NCBI GenBank assembly: GCA_046757165.1
Contig: JBHHXT010000125.1
Span: 1-13,454, forward strand
Reading direction: 5' to 3'
Source: a bacterium
GTDB lineage: Bacteria > Zhuqueibacterota > Zhuqueibacteria > Oceanimicrobiales > Oceanimicrobiaceae
DNA: 13,454 nucleotides
Shown here one piece after another: positions 1 through 8,400 of the stretch (the first letter of the stretch is position 1; each line of letters opens with the position of its first letter). The notes beneath the pieces are model-generated. The model ran no database searches and had not been told where the DNA came from. It saw nothing but the letters and a program-made list of their open reading frames with translations. Made by a program: the position numbers and the translations under genes.

Positions 1-3000
1 CGGGATAACAGTGGAGTTCGACTTCTTGAACTTCCATTTACCCTTCTTGACCGTTTTGGTTCCGATGACCGGACCGCTGAGCGTTGGGCCGAGATGAATG
101 GTGACGATGTTGCCGGAGCCTTTGAAGCTGCTCCTGCCATAGACCTTCCATTGTCTTTTCTTTTGTTTGAAATCGACCTTTGTTAACGAGAGGGTGTCCG
201 GGCCACCGCCGCCGCCGCCACCGCCACCTGATGGCGTTCCGCTTATTGCGACCGGAACGGCGAGCAGAACACCGCCCTTGCTCGATTCAATACTGACCGT
301 ATCCCCCGCGCTCGGAATAACACTGGAGTGCGACTTCTTGAACTTCCATTTCCCCTTCTTCAGGGCCTTGGTTCCGATGACCGGGCCGCTAAGCGTTGGA
401 CCGAGGTGGATGGTTACGGTATGGCCGGAGCCCTTGAAGGTACTCTTACCATAGACCTTCCATCGATCCCTACCATGTTTGAAACTGACCTTTGTGGTCG
501 TGAGGGTATCCGGGCCAGCACCGCCGCCGCCACCACCGCCACCTGATGGCGTTCCGCTTATTGCGACCGGAACGGCGAGCAGAACACCGCCCTTGCTCGA
601 TTCAATACTGACCGTATCCCCCGCGCTCGGAATAACACTGGAGTGCGACTTCTTGAACTTCCATTTCCCCTTCTTCAGGGCCTTGGTTCCGATGACCGGG
701 CCGCTAAGCGTTGGACCGAGGTGGATGGTTACGGTATGGCCGGAGCCCTTGAAGGTACTCTTACCATAGACCTTCCATCGATCCTTACCATGTTTGAAAC
801 TGACCTTTGTGGTCGTGAGGGTATCCGGGCCAACATCACCACTTGACGGTGTTCCGGTTTCTTCGACAGGTACAGCCAGGAGGACACCGCCCTTGCTCGA
901 TGCGAAACTCAGGGTCTTGCTGGCATCGGGCACGATGCTGGAGACTTCCTTGAACTTCCACTTGCCGGATTTGCTAACCTCATCGGTGCCGATGACGGTA
1001 CCGGTGAGATCCGAACCCAGGTAGATGGTAACCGCGTTACCTGGTCCATCCACAGAAGTTTTGCCTTTGATGTTCCAGCGTCCTTTATTGTGCTCATATC
1101 GGGCCCGGCTGACCGTGATGACATCGTCGCCCGGGGGAGTATCTGGCTGGTCACTGATGATCACCAGGGCTTCCGCCACGCCTTCGAGCTCGCTGGGGCG
1201 AATCAGATCGCGGTACTCGACTCTAACCGTGTACTCGCCAGGTGCGAGGTTCTTCGCCAGGCACCCGGTGCGCTGCGCCGTCTCCATTTCTATGGGATCC
1301 CCGCTGTTGATGGCAAAGGGGTGTGCATACCCATGATTGGAATGCGAACCGCCGGTGGAGGAGGGGAATAAGGGCCGGCCGTCGATTTCGATCACTTCGA
1401 CGTCGAATGGAAACTCTATCAGCGCGATACAGTAGCACGCATTGAGCAGACGGAAGAGGATGATGTCGTCCGGTTTCGCGCGCGCCACCACCTTCGGGTC
1501 GGTCATGGTATTCGGATGCGGCACGCCGTTGATCATGAAGTATTTCGGGTTGAAGTTGTTCAAGCCCACGTCTTCGCCGCACATGCCCGCATTGTGGCCG
1601 CCCGGCAGGTCACGCCAGTCCGGGTCGACATCCGCAATCGCCCACGCGACTTCGACGTCGTAACGCGAAGCTGGATCCGAGCACAATTTACCCGGACCAT
1701 CCGGCGGATCGACGATCAGCAGACCAGACATGCCCATCTGAAAATGCAAGACGGTGTTTTTGTGGCAGTGGTAAAAAAAGGTGCCGGCCTGAGCCGCCTG
1801 CCACTGGTAGGTGTAGCGCGATTCGACCTCAAAGGAATTATGCGGCACACCGTCGTTGAAGGAAGTGGGCTCGATACCGTGCCAGTGAATGGTATGGGAA
1901 CCCTTTTTCACTTTTAGCTCACAATGAATCTTCTGGCCTTCCCGCACCCGGATTAAAGGCGCCGGAATGGAGCCCCGGGTACTCCGGTCGTCCGGGTCCT
2001 CAAATCCCCAGAAACGCACTTTCTTGCCGTCCGGCATCCGGATGTCACGGTTGCCGAAGAATTCCCGTTTGATGAAGACATCGACCTCGCTTTTCGGAAG
2101 CTTGTCCGGCGTACTCGGACTGATTTCCAGCGGCTTACACCCGAACTGCTCAAACGAGATGTCATGAGGCGTGTTGGTAAATGAACCGTCATTGCCAGGG
2201 TCGGCAGTCGTGGGCTCCGTTATGTGCCAATCATTCATGATCCCTTGCGGGTACATGCCGCCGGCCGCCGTAGTCGAGATCTCGTCATGGGGATGGATGG
2301 GCCACGTAAGAGGGAACCCTTCCTCCTTGGGAGGCCACAGCCCCTGAGGAACATCAGGTGGTCTCCTGAACGGCAGGAGCACATCGATGCATTTCAACGG
2401 CTTCACCGTCCAGGTATCGAGCTCGATGACATTATCCTGGGGCTCGTTCACGCCGCTGCTGTTGACCTTCGAGATCAGGTAGACATGGTTGCCGTGGATG
2501 TGCGGCGGTCGCGTTCCCAGGCCGGCCATCATGGTGCGGAGAACGGCCGGTTCGCCTTCTTTGCCGCGCGGTGAGGTGTTCAAATTATGGGCGATGAACC
2601 ATCCGCTGTCACCGTTGAGCGTAAAATAGCGCGGCAGAAAGCCGGCCACAAAGGCGGTGGGATTGATGACATCTCCCCTGTCTGCGCGCTCATTCCACTT
2701 GGGATCGATCTCATTGAAAACCCAGACCCAGGACCGGCCATTGGGATAGACTCGTTTGTCATCCCAGCCAATACCGGGAAACCCCTTCGAGGCGTCTCCA
2801 AGATCTTCAAACAACTTGGTGACCCGCGAGGTGGGATTGCTATAGGGGGTGACTTCGCTGGGGTCACTTGGCAGAACCACCAGGGCGCCGTGCAAACCGA
2901 GAACACGGTTCACCGGCGCGTTGAGGGGGTCGAGGTACATGTAGGTTCCGGCACGCGGGACATCGAATTCGATCAGCTTTGTCTGTCCCGGAGTGATGAC

Positions 3001-3327
3001 GCCGATGTCGATGATGGGCGGAGGCATGCCGTGGATGGCGAAGCCGTGGTTCTCTGCGGAGTTGTTGGTGATTCGACAGCGGATCCGGTCCCCTTCCACC
3101 GCCTCGATGACCGGGCCAGGGACCCGCGGGCCGCCGTTGTTAACATCGTTGTAAGCCCACATGAAAACGGTCGTCCCGTCGACCATCTCAACGTCTACCG
3201 CCTCGATGGTCAGGTCAAGATCGATCGTCCCGCCATAGGCTTTTCTCGTGGGCATGAGCGCATATCTGCCCACGGCCAGAGTCACAATTCCTGCCGTTCC
3301 ATACTTGATGAATTCTCGTCTTTTCAT
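1..3327 (-). CDS. Tat-exported multicopper oxidase-like protein: four cupredoxin-like domains plus at least 4 C-terminal Ig-like repeats; partial, at least 1109 aa, 3' end outside the window
   Basis: Not in the ORF track. Manual translation from ATG at 3327 (GGAG 7 nt upstream) is open to position 1. It starts MKRREFIKYGTAGIVTLAVG...AYG (twin-arginine motif). Copper motifs: H276-I-H278 (PPHIHGNH), H345-P-H347, H478-T-I-H481-W-H483, and H520-C521-H522...H528...M533 (YHCHKNTVLHFQMGM). Typical MCO segments PGPVIEAVEGDRI and PAPLIRVREGQKI are present. Confidence 0.93.
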   Translation of the reverse strand, partial: MKRREFIKYGTAGIVTLAVGRYALMPTRKAYGGTIDLDLTIEAVDVEMVDGTTVFMWAYNDVNNGGPRVPGPVIEAVEGDRIRCRITNNSAENHGFAIHGMPPPIIDIGVITPGQTKLIEFDVPRAGTYMYLDPLNAPVNRVLGLHGALVVLPSDPSEVTPYSNPTSRVTKLFEDLGDASKGFPGIGWDDKRVYPNGRSWVWVFNEIDPKWNERADRGDVINPTAFVAGFLPRYFTLNGDSGWFIAHNLNTSPRGKEGEPAVLRTMMAGLGTRPPHIHGNHVYLISKVNSSGVNEPQDNVIELDTWTVKPLKCIDVLLPFRRPPDVPQGLWPPKEEGFPLTWPIHPHDEISTTAAGGMYPQGIMNDWHITEPTTADPGNDGSFTNTPHDISFEQFGCKPLEISPSTPDKLPKSEVDVFIKREFFGNRDIRMPDGKKVRFWGFEDPDDRSTRGSIPAPLIRVREGQKIHCELKVKKGSHTIHWHGIEPTSFNDGVPHNSFEVESRYTYQWQAAQAGTFFYHCHKNTVLHFQMGMSGLLIVDPPDGPGKLCSDPASRYDVEVAWAIADVDPDWRDLPGGHNAGMCGEDVGLNNFNPKYFMINGVPHPNTMTDPKVVARAKPDDIILFRLLNACYCIALIEFPFDVEVIEIDGRPLFPSSTGGSHSNHGYAHPFAINSGDPIEMETAQRTGCLAKNLAPGEYTVRVEYRDLIRPSELEGVAEALVIISDQPDTPPGDDVITVSRARYEHNKGRWNIKGKTSVDGPGNAVTIYLGSDLTGTVIGTDEVSKSGKWKFKEVSSIVPDASKTLSFASSKGGVLLAVPVEETGTPSSGDVGPDTLTTTKVSFKHGKDRWKVYGKSTFKGSGHTVTIHLGPTLSGPVIGTKALKKGKWKFKKSHSSVIPSAGDTVSIESSKGGVLLAVPVAISGTPSGGGGGGGGAGPDTLTTTKVSFKHGRDRWKVYGKSTFKGSGHTVTIHLGPTLSGPVIGTKALKKGKWKFKKSHSSVIPSAGDTVSIESSKGGVLLAVPVAISGTPSGGGGGGGGGPDTLSLTKVDFKQKKRQWKVYGRSSFKGSGNIVTIHLGPTLSGPVIGTKTVKKGKWKFKKSNSTVIP
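218..832. repeat. Near-identical intragenic tandem duplication, period 315 bp (Ig-like repeats 2 and 3 of the MCO), flanked by more divergent copies at ~835-1131 and <1-~205
   Basis: 533-832 matches 218-517 with one mismatch seen (785 T vs 470 C, Lys/Arg). Units are joined by poly-Gly linkers (GCC/ACC runs at ~202-228 and ~520-543). Confidence 0.92.
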
Positions 3328-3424
3328 GACAATCTCCAACTTAACCTATTTTGTGAGTCACTTTGCTCTGATTTGGTGCTGTGTCGCACTGAGTTCTTAC
3401 GTGTGAGAGAGAACTGCCGTCTTT

Positions 3425-4396
3425 TCATCGTCTTCTTATCCGTTCGACCGTGACTCCACCATCTCGCAGCAGCCTTCCTCGAACTTCAACATAATTGCCA
3501 ATGGAGGGATTTTTCTTCAACCGCGTGTTTCCGTTTACCAGGAGCAGCAAGCCATCCAGCGTCCAGCGGCCATCGAGGTGGCCGCGCAATCTCACTTTAG
3601 CGCCTTGCGGAATCGGGGCTCGGTTCCCATTCGAGTCCGGAGCGCCTTGCCGAATCCACGCTGTGATCAGCGCAATCTCCTGGTCATTCAAATAGGGTGG
3701 CCCGTCTAAGGGCATCCTGGGTAAGGATTGACCGCGTATTTTTCGAACGAGTTCACTCGCTTCTGGATTTCCAGAAACGACCCGGGCCCGGTAGTCAGCC
3801 GTGATGATAGCGTCATAATCGTCTAAGTGCAAATTCTCTGGCGCGGGTCCCCTCAGACCCTTTCTCGCATGGCACTTGACGCACTTCACCTTAAAGATCG
3901 GCGCGACATCATCATAAGTGATGCTGCTCATCGTTGATGATGAATCTGCGCTCCCTCTTCTAACCTCGTCTTCTTTCGTTTGTTGAATGGCTGACTCGTG
4001 TGGTTCGGGCATGCCGGCGGTTATCCATCGCTCCAGCACAGCGATCTCTGCTTCAGACAGCCATGGCGGACCCGAAAAAGGCATCCTGGGCTCACTCAAA
4101 CCACGAACTCGCAAAATCAATTCGCTCTCTTGCGGTTTTTCTGCCACAACCACGGGGCCGTCTTCGCTTCCTGCTAGAACATCGCCGTAATTATCCAACC
4201 GTAAGTCAAGCGGAGCATTCGGGCCGTTATGGCAGGCGATACAGTGGAGGTCGAAAATCTCGGCTACCTCCGTGTAGCTGACATCGTCGCCTGTTAATAT
4301 CGGCATCCCTTCGATGCAAGTGAACGGAAAGAGAAGCTCGTTTGAACAAAAAAACAGAAAAACGATCAAGCCAGTTATGTACTCAGATCTTGTCAT
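3425..4396 (-). CDS. Di-heme c-type cytochrome (two planctomycete cytochrome C-like domains) with a C-terminal DUF5666-like beta domain
   Basis: Two CxxCH motifs (CIACH, CVKCH). Each sits in the pattern 'Y..VA.IF...CxxCH....L.LD.Y......V..P..SEL....G...PRMP..GPP.L...EI.....WI..G.P'. Hydrophobic N-terminus. The C-terminus 'LLVNGNTRLKKNPSIGNYVEVRGRLLRDGGVTVERI' resembles DUF5666. Confidence 0.88.
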   Translation of the reverse strand: MTRSEYITGLIVFLFFCSNELLFPFTCIEGMPILTGDDVSYTEVAEIFDLHCIACHNGPNAPLDLRLDNYGDVLAGSEDGPVVVAEKPQESELILRVRGLSEPRMPFSGPPWLSEAEIAVLERWITAGMPEPHESAIQQTKEDEVRRGSADSSSTMSSITYDDVAPIFKVKCVKCHARKGLRGPAPENLHLDDYDAIITADYRARVVSGNPEASELVRKIRGQSLPRMPLDGPPYLNDQEIALITAWIRQGAPDSNGNRAPIPQGAKVRLRGHLDGRWTLDGLLLLVNGNTRLKKNPSIGNYVEVRGRLLRDGGVTVERIRRR

Positions 4397-4462
4397 ACTC
4401 AGGTTACGAACCTATGCGGATTCGAGAGTATCAACTTATTATCGGCCATTATCGCAGGTGCT

Positions 4463-5266
4463 CTACTTGATGAGCATCATTTTCTTCGTTTCAACAAAAC
4501 GACCGGCTTCCAATCGATAGACATAGTAGCCGCTGGCATAACGTCTGGCGTCAAAAACAACCTTGTGCGCGCCTGCGGTTTGCCGTTCGTCGACCAAGGT
4601 GACGACCTCCTGGCCGAGAATATTGAATATCTTCAGCTTGACCCGCGTCTCCTTTGGTATCGAATAATTGATCGTGGTCGACGGGTTGAACGGATTCGGA
4701 TGATTCTGGCTCAGCTGGAAAGTCTCGATGGTCGTCTCGCTCTCCTGCCCAAGACTCTCCTCGCCTGCGACCGGGGCCATGCTGAGCGCATAGACCTCGG
4801 AACCGCCGGCCGAAAACGACAGCGTCCAGCCAGTGACAGCCAACTTATCCGAATTCTCAGCGCTGTAGGTTTTTTTCCAGAGAAGTTTGCGCCTGGCATC
4901 GGTTTTTCTCAGGTTGACCCGGTAATCGCCGGCTGCGGTCCGTTGGTAGGAAACAGTCATGATTCCTCCTGCGGGAGTCTTGATAACAGCCTGCCCTTTA
5001 CCGAATTCCGGCCCGCCAATGCGTTTGCTCCACAGCGGCACGCTGGTGGATCTTGGACGCGTGTGATAGTCCTCGAGCATGCGAAAGTCGGCCGGTTCGA
5101 CATAGTAGGCGCTCGACTTTGTCAGAGTCACTTCCAGATCCCCGGCAGCGTCATACCTGCCATATGTCGTTGTCCAGAGCGTATTGCCCCGGGCAAAACC
5201 GTCTGCACCGGCAGCAAGCATCGCTACGGTGAACAGCACTGTGATTGTTAACACATTTTTTAGCAT
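4463..5266 (-). CDS. Secreted protein with degenerate beta-propeller-type repeats and a T9SS type A/FlgD-Ig-like C-terminal sorting domain (267 aa)
   Basis: Start moved to ATG 5266: AAGGAG lies 8 nt upstream and a signal peptide MLKNVLTITVLFTVAMLAAGA follows. Repeats LWTTTYG, LWSKRIGG and LWKKTYS. The C-terminus is LSQNHPNPFNPSTTINYSIP...SGYYVYRLEAGRFVETKKMMLIK. Confidence 0.85.
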   Translation of the reverse strand: MLKNVLTITVLFTVAMLAAGADGFARGNTLWTTTYGRYDAAGDLEVTLTKSSAYYVEPADFRMLEDYHTRPRSTSVPLWSKRIGGPEFGKGQAVIKTPAGGIMTVSYQRTAAGDYRVNLRKTDARRKLLWKKTYSAENSDKLAVTGWTLSFSAGGSEVYALSMAPVAGEESLGQESETTIETFQLSQNHPNPFNPSTTINYSIPKETRVKLKIFNILGQEVVTLVDERQTAGAHKVVFDARRYASGYYVYRLEAGRFVETKKMMLIK

Positions 5267-5403
5267 TCTTTCATCTCCTTCTGTAGATAGAAGGCTCTCA
5301 GCCACCAAGTGAATAATTCTGTTTATTCAGACAGTCGTCCTTCTTTGTTTCGACTATCACCTCCTTCGCAGATGATTAAATTGCTTCTTTGGCCAACCAG
5401 TTC

Positions 5404-8400
5404 TTATTTAACCATTAACATTCTTCTCGTGCGAACAAAGTCTGCCGACTGCAACCGGTAGACGTAGACGCCGGACCCGACCTGTTCGCCGGCATCATTC
5501 TTGCCGTCCCAGTTCACGGTGTGCAGTCCAGCAGGCATGACGCCATGGACCAACGTGCGGACCCTCTGTCCCAGGACGTTGTAAACCTCCAGACGCGTCT
5601 TCACCTCTTTCGCCAGGGCGAAGTGGATGGAGGTGCTGGGATTGAACGGGTTAGGAAAGTTTTGCTCCAGCCCGAATTCTTTGGGAAGGGTGCCATTTCC
5701 GAGGTCCCCTTGTGCGCCCAGATTGACCGCCAGCAAGACCTTCTTTGACAGGAAGGGGTCCCCGTTCAGGAACGGTTGGATGGCCGGCCCACCCGCTGCG
5801 CCGACGGCCGGGATTTCCAGCAACAGGGTGACACCGCTATTCTCGTCATGTCCGTCCGGTGCGAAGAACTGCGGGCCGTCAAATGGCTTCTTTCTGAGAC
5901 GCACGCGTTCGTCGGTCAGGCTCAGCAGGAAGGCCACCAGATCGTCTTTGTCTTGTTCTGTCAGGCCCAGCGGTCTGATCTCGGGCGCTAACGTGCGCAG
6001 ATTTTGGTCTGAAAAATCGCCGCCCCGGTTGTAAAAATCGACCACCTGTCTCAACGTGGCCTGGCCGCCATTATGAAAATAGGGGCCGGTCAATTCGACG
6101 TTGCGCAGGGTCGGTACCTTGAAGGCCCCATCCGCAGCGTCGGCTTCACCCAGAGCGCCGATGGCTGGGGTGAACTCATGAGCGCCACCCAGACCGCCGC
6201 CCGGGACGCCTTTACGAATATCAGCACGGCCCGGCTGCAACAATTCCATCTTCGCAAGCGACAATGGATTGCCAAATGGATCGTTGCCGCCGTTGCCGAT
6301 GTCCTCGGCTATCGACCGAACGCCGATGTCATAATAACCGATGTCGTAGACCACATCGACGACAGCTTCCATCGTGCCACGTTTGACGCCGTCCACGAAG
6401 AAATCGTAGAACCCTGCCGGGAATCCTACCAGCTCGACGCTCAAGTCGACCGAACAATTCGAGAAAAAGTTCATCTCCACGCCAGCGAGCATGAGGGGAT
6501 CGGTGAGCACGCCAGTGCTAAAAAGCGGCACGATGATGAGGTCGTCCACACACGGTCCCGCGGGCGGCAGCGGGCCAGGCGTGCCAGGCATGTGGCCGAA
6601 AAACAGAACCGTTCCCGTGGCATCGCGGACCTCGAGCAGCTTCCCACGGGGATCGAAGCCCAGCGCCACCTGCTGCTCGCCGGCCGCAGGCCCGATCGCA
6701 TCACCGGCAACGAAAGCCAGCGAGGCCTTGCCGCCACCGAAAGCCCCGGGCATACGCTCGACGATGGTTTCTGCGATGTCTTCCGGCTCAAAGGGCTGCG
6801 GCGGCTCAATTGAGCCGATGAAACTGACGCTGGCCGAAGTAAACTCCGGGCCCACATGACAGTTGATACAAAAACCCGCCGGTACCGTGGGGTCCAGCCC
6901 AAAATTGGTGAAAATCCTGAACCCTCTCTTCTGCTGTTCTGTGAGAGCGTTCGCATCGCCAGACCTGAATCGGTCAAAGGGCGCGTCATCGGAGATCAAC
7001 GTGGCCTCATAGCACTGCACGGCCAGGCCAAAAATCATGGAAAAATTAGCCTCCATAAGCGTATACTGGTCCGTCGTCAGCGCGCCCACCGGGGGTGGAC
7101 CGATAGTGGCGATCGTGCCGTCCGGATTGAAGGTCATGATGTTATCGGAGTCCCACCATCTGGGATCGAAGGCCGCCTTGACCAGGTCTGCGTAGGAGGT
7201 GTTGAGACCCTTGGCCGGATAGTTGGACAGGAGCCCCAGCTCACTATCGCTCTTATCGACCAATTGCTTACCCAGGGGAACGATCGCGGGATGGAGCAGC
7301 TTCTTACCGAGCTTGGGCCAGATGCGGCCGGCCCCGGACATCTCGACATCACTCATTGGCGGACCCGTGGCTTGTGAAGCCGCGCTGGAAAGGGGCAGAC
7401 AGATGGACACGGCAGAGGCCGGTGTCCCACCCGGGCCATCGGTATCCATGAGCACCCTGGCGTTGGGGTCACGAGCGCCAAACGGATTGACGCCGTTGAA
7501 GTTGTTGAAGGCACGGCCGTCCCAGAAGTTGCGGAAATTAAACACCGCGTTGATCACAGGCGGAGCATTTCGCCCGGTCGTACGCCGGACATTAAAGTGG
7601 CCCGTGTTGAATGGATTATCCACGGCGATAGGCGTCGTGTTGTCTTCAGCGAATCCGGGAGTGATGTCGTTGAACACCGAGCCCAGCACCCCCATGGCGC
7701 CGGTGATGTCATCGGCGTCGGACACGACACGCGAAAACCGGTCATTCGGATTGGATAACTTGTGATATGGAAAATCACTTAGAGACAAAGTATGGTTGAC
7801 ATCCCCGACGTCGAACCTCCCGTTGCCTGCGGGGTGGAGCTCGTTGGTGACTCGGGTATCGGCCCCGGCATTGAAATGGCAGCTCGCACACGCCTGGATG
7901 CCATCGCTGCCCACCTGCATCTCCCAGAAAAGAGCCTTGCCGAGCTTGATGGCAGCCGCTTTGTCCACAATGAAATCGCTAAAAGGAACCGGATTCCCGT
8001 CTATTTCCGAGGAGAGGGCCCGGTCGATGGCGGCCAGATTATCCGGCCCCGGCACCGGGATGCTGGAAAGCGGACCGGGAAGCCGCCCCTGCCGCAAAAC
8101 CAGGATCTGGACGTCATCGAAAACTTCCACTTCTCCGTCGCTAACCTTGAGACGGAAGACATACAAGCCACGCTTGTTGAACGTCAGCGTGGGGTTCAAA
8201 ACATTTGCATTCGGAGCAAAAACCACCTGGTCCGGGCCACCATCCTCAGGAGGATGCGGGAATTCAGGCGGATGAAGGGGATCGATCGGCGTCAACACCC
8301 ATTCAAACGCAAGGGCGCCGGGTGGTACAGGCTGACCATCATCGCTGACCGTCGCCTGGAGCACCGTCGTGTTGGTTTCGCCAAGGTCGATGAGCTGAAA

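Noticed and set aside
2722..2730. WxW (W200-V-W202) in the MCO as an MbnP-like kynurenine target
   Set aside because: It lies in an alternating hydrophobic beta-strand (SWVWVF) and is likely structural. There is no other MbnP similarity.
1..3327. Calling the MCO NirK, CueO or MnxG, or the di-heme enzyme MauG/CcpA
   Set aside because: The ligand distribution and domain count match none of these MCO types, and no mau genes are present. Gene symbols are withheld.
167..3453. Plus-strand ORFs in the track, including poly-Pro ORFs at 167-454 and 479-769 and the 288-aa ORF at 2587-3453
   Set aside because: They are antisense shadows of the minus-strand MCO. The poly-Pro is simply the reverse complement of the poly-Gly linkers.
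4429..4441. Perfect IHF-consensus match TATCAACTTATTA upstream of the cytochrome c gene
   Set aside because: This short degenerate motif could occur by chance, and no accompanying sigma-54 or recombination site was found.
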